A DNA stretch of 59,653 bases, the filler included. It is 5 parts of 5 records of this genome, joined end to end, with 100 filler letters (N's around TTAATTAATTAA, not from the genome) between each part and the next. Parts side by side here need not be neighbours in the genome. Positions count along the whole stretch, not along the records: positions 1 to 22,488 come from DRR723986_3499; 4 more parts are not named here. The stretch is one strand, 5' to 3'. The position numbers and the translations under genes were made by a program. A model generated the notes under the pieces. The model made no database searches, was not told where the DNA came from, and saw only the letters and a list, made by a program, of their open reading frames with translations. Shown piece after piece: positions 9,495 through 19,302 of the stretch; positions within the stretch are counted from its first letter, which is position 1, and each line of letters opens with the position of its first letter.

Positions 9495-10805
9495 ATGACC
9501 GACCTTCCCATCGACTGGACGACCGAAGGCACAGCCCGCCGCCGCGACACCTACTATGCCGCAACGCAAACCAAGTTCGTGCCCTTCAAAGACCCCATCG
9601 TCTTCCGCAAGGGCGAGATGCAGTATCTGTGGGATGCCGAGGGCAACCGCTACACGGATCTTCTGGGCATGAACGTCTGTATATCGGTCGGCCATTCCCA
9701 TCCCAAGGTTGTCGCCGCTGCCCAAGCGCAGGCCGCCGACCTGACCCATTGCACGACGATGTTCTACCATCCTGTCCCGGCGCATCTGGCCGAGGAACTG
9801 GCGGCAACGATGCCCAAGGGCCATGACTGGGTTGTTCACTTCACCAATTCCGGGGCCGAGGCCATCGACCTCGCCATGACCATCGCGCGGACCTATACGG
9901 GCAATCTCGATCTGCTGGCCCTGCGCACTGCCTATCACGGGCCGACCGCTGCCGCGCAATCCGTCACCGGCATCTCCACCTGGCGGCACCCCGGCATGCC
10001 CGGCAACGTGGCCTTCGTGGCCGACCCCAACCAGTATCGCGGCATCTTCGGCGAAAACGCGGGCGCTGCGCCCTATCTGGATGAGATCGAGCGCACCATT
10101 TCCACGGCGACCTCTGGCCGGATTGCCGGGATGCTGGTGGAAAGCGTGCAGGGTTATGGCGGCATTATCGAAATGCCCAAAGGCTATTTGTCCGGCGCGG
10201 CGGAACGGGTGCGCGCGGCGGGCGGTCTCTATATCGCGGATGAGGTGCAATCGGGCTTTGGCCGCACCGGCGATCACATGTGGGGGTTCGAGGCCGACGG
10301 CGTGGTCCCCGATATCATCGTCATGGCCAAGGGGATCGGCAATGGCTTCCCGCTCGGCGCAGTGGTGACGCGCAAGGAGATCGCTGCGCCGATGGCCGAA
10401 AAGTTCATGTTCCACACCTACGGTGCCAACCCCACCAGCTGCGCGGCGGGACGTGCCGTGTTGCAGGTGATCCGAGAGGATAAGGTCCGGGACAATGCCC
10501 GAACGGTCGGCGCGGCGCTGCTGACGCGATTGCATGAGCTGAAGGACAAGCACGAGGCGATTGGTGATGTGCGGGGCAGGGGGCTGATGCTGGCCATCGA
10601 AATGGTCAAGGACCGGCGCACCAAGGAACCGGATCGCGAAGTGACGTCAGCGGTGTTCGAGAACTGCCGCGCCTCGCGCCTGATCCTGTCCAAATCCGGC
10701 CCCACGCAATCGGTGCTGCGCATGGTGCCACCGATGTGCCTGTCGCTGGAGGACGTGGAAGACGTGGCCGAGGGGCTCGACCGCGCCTTTACCGCCCTAG
10801 GCTGA
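9495..10805 (+). CDS. Class III PLP aminotransferase (AGXT2/PYD4-like)
   Basis: FTNSGAEA, IADEVQSGFGRTG, MAKGIGNGFPLGAV, GDVRGRGLM; RBS AAGGAG. Confidence 0.9.
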   Translation: MTDLPIDWTTEGTARRRDTYYAATQTKFVPFKDPIVFRKGEMQYLWDAEGNRYTDLLGMNVCISVGHSHPKVVAAAQAQAADLTHCTTMFYHPVPAHLAEELAATMPKGHDWVVHFTNSGAEAIDLAMTIARTYTGNLDLLALRTAYHGPTAAAQSVTGISTWRHPGMPGNVAFVADPNQYRGIFGENAGAAPYLDEIERTISTATSGRIAGMLVESVQGYGGIIEMPKGYLSGAAERVRAAGGLYIADEVQSGFGRTGDHMWGFEADGVVPDIIVMAKGIGNGFPLGAVVTRKEIAAPMAEKFMFHTYGANPTSCAAGRAVLQVIREDKVRDNARTVGAALLTRLHELKDKHEAIGDVRGRGLMLAIEMVKDRRTKEPDREVTSAVFENCRASRLILSKSGPTQSVLRMVPPMCLSLEDVEDVAEGLDRAFTALG

Positions 10806-11859
10806 GCGCGACAGCACGGCCCATTTCGGCAGTGCTTGCCGTGCCGCCGAGATCGGCGGTGCGGGTTGCCGCCTGTGACAGGGCAATGTCCAGCCCATCC
10901 CTGATGCCTTGGGCGGCACGGCGCAGATCGGGCGCAGCCTGACGGTCGGACAGCCAATCCAGCAACATTGCGACTGATCCGATCAACCCGGTCGGATTGG
11001 CCAGACCCTGCCCGGCGATATCGGGGGCCGATCCGTGCTGCGCCTGCGCCATAGCGTGATCCGTCCCGGCATTCAGCGATGCCGCTAACCCGAGGCTTCC
11101 CGACAACTCACCAGCCAGATCAGACAGGATGTCACCATACATGTTTGTCGTCACGATCACGTCGGTGCGCTCAGGCGCGCGGACAAGATGTGCGGCCATC
11201 GCGTCAACCAGTTGCTCGTCGTAGGTTATCTTGGGGTGAAGGGCGGCCACGCGACGACATTCCTCCAGGAACAGCCCGTCCGACAGCCGAAGCACATTGG
11301 CCTTATGCACGGCGGTGACATGGCGGGCGGGGCGGGTTGCCGCAAGGGCAAAAGCCGTCTCCGCGATGCGGGCCGAGGCATGACGGGTGACCTTGCGAAT
11401 GGCCAGCGCCATGTCGTCATCAGGCATTATCTCTCCGGGCCCGGATGCCATGTTCCGGTCGGCATAGAAGCCTTCGGTGTTTTCCCGCACGATCACCAGA
11501 TCGAAGGGGCGGCCCACGGCGGATGGCAGCAGGTCGCGCGTTGCGGCAGGGCGGATGTTGGCATAGAGGTCCAGCGCCTTGCGCAGCATACCAGAGGGAT
11601 TGCTGCCACCGTCCGCCACGGGCGGGTAGGTGTTGTGAGACACCGGGCCAAGCACGATGCCATCTGCTGAACGGGCGGCAGCAATGACGTGCTGCGGGAT
11701 GGTGCTGCCATGTGCATTGAGTGCAGCAAAGCCGATCTCGGCTTCTTCCAAAACCAGTCCAAGGTCGAACACCCGATCAGCAGCGACCAGCACGTCACAG
11801 GTTGCCGCCACAATTTCTGGCCCGATCCCGTCTCCGGGCAGCAAAAGCAGTCGGGTCAT
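10789..11859 (-). CDS. Isocitrate/isopropylmalate dehydrogenase family protein
   Basis: LPGDGIGPE, VRENTEGFY, VHKANV, NMYGDILSD, HGSAPDIAG. Confidence 0.92.
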   Translation of the reverse strand: MTRLLLLPGDGIGPEIVAATCDVLVAADRVFDLGLVLEEAEIGFAALNAHGSTIPQHVIAAARSADGIVLGPVSHNTYPPVADGGSNPSGMLRKALDLYANIRPAATRDLLPSAVGRPFDLVIVRENTEGFYADRNMASGPGEIMPDDDMALAIRKVTRHASARIAETAFALAATRPARHVTAVHKANVLRLSDGLFLEECRRVAALHPKITYDEQLVDAMAAHLVRAPERTDVIVTTNMYGDILSDLAGELSGSLGLAASLNAGTDHAMAQAQHGSAPDIAGQGLANPTGLIGSVAMLLDWLSDRQAAPDLRRAAQGIRDGLDIALSQAATRTADLGGTASTAEMGRAVALSLGR

Positions 11860-12932
11860 GCCCCCTTCCTCTGCGCGTCGCGCACAAGGGCTGCAAGGCG
11901 ATAGGCGCCATGCACCATCTTGGAATAGGGCGTGGTCAGGAACAGTGTCAGCACGGTGCCGAGGTGCAGCGCCAGCAGCGGCGAGACCAATGCGCTTCCG
12001 GTGGCAAGGAACAGAGCCAACCCGGTGGCACCTGTCGCCGCCAGCAACAGCACGAAGGCCATCTCGCCCCCCCAGGCCGAGGCCGCGCCAAGCGACTTGT
12101 CAGCCCGCAGTTTCAGCCCTGCAAGTCCAAGCGCCCCAACCGTCAGAAGGAAACCACCCGGCACGCCAAGCAGCTTTGGCAGACTGAACAGCCCATAAGG
12201 CGCGGGCCGGTCGAAAACGTAATGCAGAACCGTCCCAGACGAGGTCGAGGCAAAGCACAAAAGGAACCCCCAGAACACCGCGTGATGGGCATGTTTGCGG
12301 GCGAGCGTGTAGCGGTCTTCTTTTTCGTAGTTGCATCCATTTGCTGCGCCGCCAGACAGGTTCTTGAGGGAAGCGCCGTCATGCAGGGCCTGCGCCAGAT
12401 GCGCCGGTGTGACCCGTGCGCCGCTGGTTTCCTGCCAATAGCTGCGTAGGCCGATTGTGACGACCAAAAGTGGAAACAGGAAAGCGGGTGCGAAGATCGC
12501 CACCATCACGGTGTGGGACAGGTGGGCATAGAACCCCTCACCACTTTCCGGTGTCAGCGCCGTCATCGCCCAGAAAAGCAGCGCAATACCGACGACCAGA
12601 GCGCCTGCCACGGCCACACCACGCGTCTGAAAAAGTCGCGCCAGCCCGCCGGGCCATGCGAAGCGCTGCCAGCTTTCAACGCGAACCTCGGCCAGCGCGG
12701 CAGGCAGGTTCAAAGCAAACTCATGGGGGTCCGTGTATTGGCAGGCATAGTAGCACCCCCGACAGTTGTGACACAGGTTTGCCAACTGCGTGATGTCCCC
12801 ATCGGCAAAGGCGCGCTCCGCAAAGGTGGCGGGGAAGACCGAACAATAACCTTCGCAATAGCGGCAGGCGTTGCAGATTTCCAACTGGCGACGGGCTTCA
12901 GCGGTGGCGGATTGAGGTTGATCAAGCGACAT
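11856..12932 (-). CDS. tcuB: Tricarballylate utilization 4Fe-4S membrane protein TcuB
   Basis: ICNACRYCEGYC and LANLCHNCRGCYYACQY, several TM segments, PYSKMVH; follows tcuA. Confidence 0.9.
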   Translation of the reverse strand: MSLDQPQSATAEARRQLEICNACRYCEGYCSVFPATFAERAFADGDITQLANLCHNCRGCYYACQYTDPHEFALNLPAALAEVRVESWQRFAWPGGLARLFQTRGVAVAGALVVGIALLFWAMTALTPESGEGFYAHLSHTVMVAIFAPAFLFPLLVVTIGLRSYWQETSGARVTPAHLAQALHDGASLKNLSGGAANGCNYEKEDRYTLARKHAHHAVFWGFLLCFASTSSGTVLHYVFDRPAPYGLFSLPKLLGVPGGFLLTVGALGLAGLKLRADKSLGAASAWGGEMAFVLLLAATGATGLALFLATGSALVSPLLALHLGTVLTLFLTTPYSKMVHGAYRLAALVRDAQRKGA

Positions 12933-14316
12933 GTGCGGCGGCCTCCTGTCCTGCGATGCGTCCGAAGACGGTGCCGATGGTCATGCCGAACCCGGCCAGA
13001 TAGCCCTCGCCGAGGATCGAGCCGGCCATGATTTCGCCCGCGGCCCAGACATTTTCGAGCCGCCGACCCCCTAAGGACACGCGTGCCGTCCGATCCACCT
13101 TCAGTCCGAGATAGGTGAAGGTCACGCCGGGGCGCAGCGAGTAGCCATAGAAAGGCGGGTCCGTGATTGGGCGCGCCCAGTTGGTCTTTGGCGGGGTTAC
13201 GCCTTCGGTTGCAAGCCCGTCCAGTTCGGTCGGGTGAAATGGCCCCTCGCAGCATCCGGCGTTAAAGGCATCAACGGTGTCGCGCAACTTTGCAGCCGGA
13301 AGCCCCATCTTTTGCGCCAACCCTTCCAGGGTGTCGGCCTTTTCGGGGGGATAGACCGAGGGCATGAACAGCTCGATGCTTTTTGAATCGATGATCGAAT
13401 AGCCCACCTGATCGGGCTGCGCGGCCACCAGTCGGCCCCAGATCGCATAGCGTTTGGGCCAGACATCCTCGCCTTCATCATAAAAGCGCTCGCCGTTCTT
13501 GTTCACGACGATCGAGAACGGAACACAGTCCAGTCGGGTGACGATGCCGCCGTCGAATTTTGGCGCGCGCCCGTCGATTGCAACCGCGTGACATTGCGTA
13601 GGATCGCCAACGCTGTCGGCCCCCTGATCCAGCATGTCGCGCAGTACCACACCCCGATTGTAGGGCGTCCCCCGGATCAGGAAGTTCCGCGCAGCAGGGC
13701 CCCATGCATCCGCCAGCCAGTCGATATCGCCCTGAAAGCCGCCGGATGCCAGCACCAGTGCCTTGCCCTCAACCCGCGTTGACCTGCCGCCAATGGTGAT
13801 GTCCAGCCCTTCAAAACGCCCCTCGGCGAGGGCGATATGGGTAACTTCAGCCTCGTAGAAAACCGTCACGCCCAGATCGTCGGCGGTGTTGTAATAGGCG
13901 TTCACCAAAGCCTTGCCGCCACCCAGGAAGAAGGCGTTGGTGCGGGACAGGGACAGGGTGCCAGACAAGGACGGCTGGAAGGCAACGCCATGCGCCTCCA
14001 TCCACGGCAGGCAGCTTTCCGAGTCCCGAATGGCCATGCGCGCAAGACCTTCATCCGTCTTGCCTTTGGTCACGCGCAACAGGTCGTCGTAATATTCATC
14101 CTCCGCATAGCTGTCGGTCAGAACGGACAGCGGTTCGCGATGCATGCAGCGGAAGTTGCGCGTATGGCGGGAATTGCCGCCCCGATAGGGTTTGGGCGCG
14201 GCTTCCAGCATCAGCACACGCGCGCCGGATTCAGCGGCTTCGATCGCGGCACACAGCCCGGCATTGCCACCGCCGACCACGATCAGATCCCAGGTGGTAA
14301 AAGATGGGTCTGTCAT
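12922..14316 (-). CDS. tcuA: FAD-dependent tricarballylate dehydrogenase TcuA
   Basis: VVGGGNAGLCAA, GGNSRHTRN, LSRTNAFFLGGG, QCHAVAIDGRAPKFDGGIVTRLD, WPKRYAIWGR. Confidence 0.93.
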   Translation of the reverse strand: MTDPSFTTWDLIVVGGGNAGLCAAIEAAESGARVLMLEAAPKPYRGGNSRHTRNFRCMHREPLSVLTDSYAEDEYYDDLLRVTKGKTDEGLARMAIRDSESCLPWMEAHGVAFQPSLSGTLSLSRTNAFFLGGGKALVNAYYNTADDLGVTVFYEAEVTHIALAEGRFEGLDITIGGRSTRVEGKALVLASGGFQGDIDWLADAWGPAARNFLIRGTPYNRGVVLRDMLDQGADSVGDPTQCHAVAIDGRAPKFDGGIVTRLDCVPFSIVVNKNGERFYDEGEDVWPKRYAIWGRLVAAQPDQVGYSIIDSKSIELFMPSVYPPEKADTLEGLAQKMGLPAAKLRDTVDAFNAGCCEGPFHPTELDGLATEGVTPPKTNWARPITDPPFYGYSLRPGVTFTYLGLKVDRTARVSLGGRRLENVWAAGEIMAGSILGEGYLAGFGMTIGTVFGRIAGQEAAAHVA

Positions 14317-14990
14317 TGGTCCTCCTCCGCAGCACGCTGGCGCAACTGGCGCAGGCGGGCCTTGTGGGCGGCTTCGATATGCGTGCGCATTGCAGCCTCT
14401 GCCGCATCTCCGTCATGGGCACGCAGCGCTGACAGGATCGCGCGGTGCTCGCCTATAGCGCCGCGTGCGCGGTCCGCTTCTTCCAGCGTTGACCGTCCCA
14501 GGATCAGCAGCGTCTTCTGCACAGCCTCAACCGAACGGATCAGGAACCGATTGCGCGCGGCATTCAGCAGGACCGAGTGGAAGTGCCGATTGGCATGGTA
14601 GATCCTTTCCGGGTCGTCGTGTGCCGCCGCCATGTCTTCGGTGATCTCCTCCAACTCGGTCAGTTCGCTGTCATAGGCCGCGCGGGCGGCGAAGCGGGCG
14701 GCAGTGCCTTCAAGGACGACGCGCATCTCATAAAGCTCAGTCACTTCGGCGTAGTCCAACTTGCGAATGCGGGCCCCTGCGCGGGGCTGATGGTCGACCA
14801 GCCCATCCGCCTCCAGCGCCCGGATCGCTTCGCGCACGGGGGTGCGTGAAATGCCTAGCCGTGTTGCCAGATCGGTTTCCGTCAACCGATCGCCGGGCGT
14901 GAGTTGACCGGTTCTGATCTCGGCAATCAGACGCTCATAGGCATCGCGGCCCTGACCTGATTCAGATTGGCGAAGGCTGGTGACTGACAT
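14313..14990 (-). CDS. GntR family (FCD) transcriptional regulator
   Basis: PGDRLTETDLA, GISRTPVREA wHTH plus FCD domain. Confidence 0.92.
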   Translation of the reverse strand: MSVTSLRQSESGQGRDAYERLIAEIRTGQLTPGDRLTETDLATRLGISRTPVREAIRALEADGLVDHQPRAGARIRKLDYAEVTELYEMRVVLEGTAARFAARAAYDSELTELEEITEDMAAAHDDPERIYHANRHFHSVLLNAARNRFLIRSVEAVQKTLLILGRSTLEEADRARGAIGEHRAILSALRAHDGDAAEAAMRTHIEAAHKARLRQLRQRAAEEDQ

Positions 14991-15014
14991 GATCCCTCAT
15001 CCATGGCTTGCAAA

Positions 15015-15034
15015 TTGCATACAAGTGGATACAA
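15015..15034. promoter_or_regulatory. Candidate tandem GntR operator
   Basis: Adjacent 10-mers TTGCATACAA and GTGGATACAA, resembling the TTGTATACAA dyad, between the divergent gntR and abrB genes. Confidence 0.5.
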
Positions 15035-15062
15035 CAGGATGCAACTTAACGGAACCCCGATT

Positions 15063-16133
15063 ATGCCTCTGAATCTGCCCCCGATGATGCAACAGCGTGC
15101 CCTGACGCTGGCGTTGGCTTTTGCAGGTGTTGCAGTGTTCTGGTTTCTCGGGCTGCCGTTGCCCTTTCTTTTCGGGCCGATGTCGGCCTGTCTGCTGGCG
15201 GCCCTGGCAGGCCTGCCGCTGAAAGGTATGGGCATGATCTCGGTCGCCGGACGGACGGTTCTGGGTGTCGCTGTCGGGGCCTCGGTCACGCCCGCGCTGG
15301 TCGGGCAGATCCCGCAAATGGCGGCCTCGGTCGCGCTGATCCCGCTTTACATTTGCGTCATCGCTGCCGTGGGGGTGCCCTTCTTTCGCAGGGTCTACGG
15401 CTTTGACTGGGCGACATCGTGGTATGCGGCGATGCCCGGCGGCCTGCAGGACATGGTGATCTTTGGGCAGGAGGCGGGCGGCGACGTCCGGGCCCTGTCG
15501 CTGATCCACGCAACCCGGGTGCTGATCATCGTGACGCTGGCCCCGGCAATACTGACGTTCGGCTTTGGTCAGCCCCTGAACAACCCGATAGGTGCCCCTG
15601 CATCGGAACTGCCATTGTCGGAACTGGCAATCATGGTCGCCGCCGCGCTGATCGGCTGGAAAGGCGGTGAACGCATCGGCCTGTTCGGGGCATCCATCCT
15701 TGGGCCGCTGATCGTGACGGCGGCATTGTCGCTCGCGGGTATCATCCACTTCCGCCCACCATCAGAGGCGATCCTGACAGCGCAGTTCCTGATCGGCATC
15801 GGGATTGGCGTGGGGTATGTTGGCGTCACCCTGCATGAACTGAAACGGGACGTGGCGGCGGGTGTCTTCTTTGTTCTGTTGCTGGCCGGTCTTGCGGCGG
15901 CCTTTACGGAAGTGGTCGTGGGGTTTGGACTGGCCGCCCCGGTCGAGGGCTTTCTGGCCTTTGCGCCCGGTGGGCAGGCGGAAATGACGGTGCTGGCGAT
16001 TGTCGCCGGGGCTGATCTGGGATTTGTTATCGTTCATCACCTGACGCGGATCATGGTGGTGATCACCGGCGCACCGATTGCGGCCCGGATCTTCCGGGTC
16101 AAGGATCGCCGGTCAGAGGAGGATCGGACATGA
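15063..16133 (+). CDS. AbrB-family membrane protein (AidB regulator / 'putative ammonia monooxygenase' family)
   Basis: Duplicated hydrophobic halves with MPGGLQDM and APGGQAEM motifs; start codon uncertain (15003-15087). Confidence 0.85.
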   Translation: MPLNLPPMMQQRALTLALAFAGVAVFWFLGLPLPFLFGPMSACLLAALAGLPLKGMGMISVAGRTVLGVAVGASVTPALVGQIPQMAASVALIPLYICVIAAVGVPFFRRVYGFDWATSWYAAMPGGLQDMVIFGQEAGGDVRALSLIHATRVLIIVTLAPAILTFGFGQPLNNPIGAPASELPLSELAIMVAAALIGWKGGERIGLFGASILGPLIVTAALSLAGIIHFRPPSEAILTAQFLIGIGIGVGYVGVTLHELKRDVAAGVFFVLLLAGLAAAFTEVVVGFGLAAPVEGFLAFAPGGQAEMTVLAIVAGADLGFVIVHHLTRIMVVITGAPIAARIFRVKDRRSEEDRT

Positions 16134-17923
16134 GCTTTACCACGCGGCCTGAACTGTCGGGCACTTTCGGCATGGTCACCAGCACCCATTGGCTGGCCAC
16201 GGCGGCAGGCATGAAAATGCTGGAGGCGGGCGGCAGCGCGGCGGATGCCGCAGTTGCCACGGGCTTTGTTCTGAACGTGGTGGAACCACATCTGAACGGG
16301 CCGCTTGGAGACATGCCGCTGCTTTACCGCGCCGCCGGGGCCGAAGAGCCGGTGGTGATCTGCGGGCAGGGCACGGCACCTGCGGGGGCGACCATCGACC
16401 ATTACCGGGCTGAGGGCTTTGATCGCATTCCCGGATCGGGCCTGTTGGCGACGGTGGTGCCGGGGGCGTTCGACGCCTGGATGCTGCTTTTGCGTGATCA
16501 CGGCCGCCTGCCGCTGGCCGAGGTGCTGGCCCCTGCCATCCACTATGCCCGCCATGGCCATCCGATCCTGGCCCGTGTCGCGAACGAGATCGCGGGCATG
16601 GCGGATGTCTTCCGCACCGAATGGCCGACCTCCGCCCCGGTCTGGCTGCCCGGTGGCCACGCGCCCGAGCCCGGCACGCTGTTCGCCAACCCTGCCCTTG
16701 CCGATTTCTGGGAAAGGTTGGTGGATGAGGCCAAGGGTGCAGGCGTTGACCGCGAAGCGCAGATCGAGGCCGCGCGGGTTGCGTTCTACGAAGGCTTTGT
16801 TGCGGACGCGATTGACGACTTCCTGCGCGACGCCGAGGTTCTGGATGCCTCGGGCCAGCGTCACAAGGGGGTGCTGACCGGGCAGGACATGGCCGATTGG
16901 CGCGCTGCTTATGAAACGCCGATTTCCGTCGATCACGCGGGCTGGACCGTCTGGAAATGTGGGGGCTGGACGCAAGGGCCAGTGCTGTTGCAGGCCTTGC
17001 AGATGCTGCGCGGTGACGATCTGGGCGGCCTGGACCCGCTGGGGCCAGAGTTCGTCCATCTGGTGACCGAGGCGCTGAAACTGGCCTTTGCCGACCGCGA
17101 GGCCTATCTGGGCGAGCCCAATGCGATGGACCTGCCGCTGAACACACTGCTATCCGCTGACTACGGCGCGATGCGGCGGGATCAGATCGGGACCGAAGCC
17201 AGCCTTGAATTCCGCCCCGGTGCCATCCCCGGATACGAGGTCTGGGCAGATGCCTTTCGCGCCCGTGTGGCCGAACCATCGCCCGCCGATAGCGGAATCG
17301 GGATCGGAGAGCCGACAATGGCGCATTTGACCGAGAAACCGGGGGATACCTGCCATGTCGACGTGATCGACCAATGGGGCAACATGGTGTCGGCGACGCC
17401 CTCTGGTGGCTGGCTGAAATCCTCACCCGTTATCCCCGGCCTCGGGGTGCCGCTGAATTCCCGTGCACAGATGTTCTGGCTGGAGGAAGGCTTGCCGACG
17501 ACGCTTGCCCCCGGACGCCGTCCGCGCACCACGCTGTCGCCTTCTATGGCGCAGGGGCCGGATGGATCACGGCTGGCCTTCGGCACACCGGGCGGTGACC
17601 AGCAGGACCAATGGCAGCTTACGTTCCTGCTAAGGTTGATCCATCACGGCATGAACCTGCAAGAGGCGATCGACGGGCCGCTCTTCCATACCGGGCATCT
17701 TCAGGCGAGCTTTTATCCGCGCGGCTCCAAGCCCGGTCATCTGATGATCGAACCCGGTTTCCCGGAGGCAACGCTGAAGGCGCTGGCCGCCAAGGGGCAC
17801 CGGCTGGAGGTGTCGGCACCCTGGGCAATCGGACGGTTGACGGCCGCGCGGCAGCGCGCCGACGGTATTCTTCAGGCCGCCGCCACGCCGCGCCTGATGC
17901 AAGCCTATGCGGCCGGGCGTTGA
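16130..17923 (+). CDS. Gamma-glutamyltransferase family protein
   Basis: GGSAADAAVA, VPGAFDAW, AFADRE, nucleophile DTCHVDVID, RPRTTLSP, GTPGGDQQ. Confidence 0.92.
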   Translation: MSFTTRPELSGTFGMVTSTHWLATAAGMKMLEAGGSAADAAVATGFVLNVVEPHLNGPLGDMPLLYRAAGAEEPVVICGQGTAPAGATIDHYRAEGFDRIPGSGLLATVVPGAFDAWMLLLRDHGRLPLAEVLAPAIHYARHGHPILARVANEIAGMADVFRTEWPTSAPVWLPGGHAPEPGTLFANPALADFWERLVDEAKGAGVDREAQIEAARVAFYEGFVADAIDDFLRDAEVLDASGQRHKGVLTGQDMADWRAAYETPISVDHAGWTVWKCGGWTQGPVLLQALQMLRGDDLGGLDPLGPEFVHLVTEALKLAFADREAYLGEPNAMDLPLNTLLSADYGAMRRDQIGTEASLEFRPGAIPGYEVWADAFRARVAEPSPADSGIGIGEPTMAHLTEKPGDTCHVDVIDQWGNMVSATPSGGWLKSSPVIPGLGVPLNSRAQMFWLEEGLPTTLAPGRRPRTTLSPSMAQGPDGSRLAFGTPGGDQQDQWQLTFLLRLIHHGMNLQEAIDGPLFHTGHLQASFYPRGSKPGHLMIEPGFPEATLKALAAKGHRLEVSAPWAIGRLTAARQRADGILQAAATPRLMQAYAAGR

Positions 17924-19302
17924 TCGTCACCGCTGGCGGTATCGCACAGAGGCAGGCGTAGGGTCACACTGAGCCCCTCGGCCCCGTCTGGGGTCAATTC
18001 CAACGATCCACCTCCGCTCTCGGCCACCGCGCCCGCAATGGAAAGGCCTAGCCCGCTACCTTCGCCTGGGCTGGCCTGACCGAAGCGGGACAGTACCGTT
18101 TCCACATCCTCTGGCGGAACCCCGATCCCATCATCGGCTACGGCAATCAAGGCGAGATCCCCGGCTTTCCGCAGCCGAAGATCGACCCGCCTCAGATCGG
18201 GGCCGCCATGCTTCAAGGCATTATCGAGTAGGTTGGCAATAGCTTCTTCGAGCATCACCGGATCGGCGCGAACCGCTATGTCCTCTCCGGGCAGGTCCAA
18301 TGTCAGCGATACCCCCCGGGCCTTTGCCGCTGCCCGATGTGCTTCGGCCAGTTGCAGCAACAACGGCGGCAGGTCGACCGTATCAATCAGTTCCCCGGCA
18401 ATACTGGCGCGTTCGAGAGTCAGCAGCTTGTTGGCAAGATCCTTTACGTGCCGTGCGGATTTCAGAAGATCCGCCGTACGGCTGCGGGCGGCATCCCCGT
18501 CGGGGGCGGAGCGAACGGCCTCGGCCATCGCCAGGACACCGGCGATCGGGTTTCGCAGCTGATGTGCAGCGTTGGAAATAAAGCTGTTCTGCGCTGCCAT
18601 CGTGGCCTCTACCTGCCCAAATAGCAGGTTCAGCCTTTCCACCAACCCGGTGATTTCGGGCGGGACAGGCCGGCGGATGGGGCTGAGATCGTCGGAACTG
18701 CGCGCCGAAATCGCGTCCTCAAGATCCGTTAGAGGCAACAGGCCAAAACTGACCCCGAACCAGACAACAAGCGCCACGGTGCCGATCAACACGGCCATCA
18801 CGATGAAAGTGCGGATCGACAGTTCGCTCAGCAACGCATCGCGAACCGAAAGCTCCTGCCAAACGGTGTAGGTGAACGTGCCGGATATCCCGTCAAGGGA
18901 CGCGACGTTCTGCAATCGCAGCACCCTCACCGGGCGATCGTAGTAAGTGGAGTCATAAAAGACATAGGGATTGCCTGCGTGTTCCAGTCCCGGAGGCCGC
19001 ACGGGTGGGGTGGCATATCCGGTCACGTAGACGCCGTCAGGGGCATAGGCGTGGTAGTAGACCGGCCCGCCCGAAGTATCGGAAAGCAGATCTCGCGTTT
19101 CGATCGACAGCGCGTCGCCACCGGATCTGGCGACGTCAGCGGCAATGGCCAGCGCGGTGGACAGAAGGGATCTGTCAAACAGCTCGGCTGCCTGTCCGCG
19201 AAGGTCGCGCCATTGCCAAAGGCCCACGACAAGCGCGATCAGTAAAAGAGGTATCAGGATAATCCCGGTCAATCGCAGCCGAAGGGAGGTTGTCGCGTTC
19301 AC
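17905..19302 (-). CDS. Sensor histidine kinase (TctE-like)
   Basis: Two TM segments, HAMP, H-box NAAHQLRNP, NLLDNA, DDGIG, GSGLGL. Confidence 0.9.
   Translation of the reverse strand: MNATTSLRLRLTGIILIPLLLIALVVGLWQWRDLRGQAAELFDRSLLSTALAIAADVARSGGDALSIETRDLLSDTSGGPVYYHAYAPDGVYVTGYATPPVRPPGLEHAGNPYVFYDSTYYDRPVRVLRLQNVASLDGISGTFTYTVWQELSVRDALLSELSIRTFIVMAVLIGTVALVVWFGVSFGLLPLTDLEDAISARSSDDLSPIRRPVPPEITGLVERLNLLFGQVEATMAAQNSFISNAAHQLRNPIAGVLAMAEAVRSAPDGDAARSRTADLLKSARHVKDLANKLLTLERASIAGELIDTVDLPPLLLQLAEAHRAAAKARGVSLTLDLPGEDIAVRADPVMLEEAIANLLDNALKHGGPDLRRVDLRLRKAGDLALIAVADDGIGVPPEDVETVLSRFGQASPGEGSGLGLSIAGAVAESGGGSLELTPDGAEGLSVTLRLPLCDTASGDDQRPAA

Noticed and set aside
2362-10553. Long antisense ORFs (2362-3741, 4745-5686, 7051-8643, 9333-10553)
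   Set aside because: Shadow frames of well-supported genes in high-GC DNA with no protein motifs
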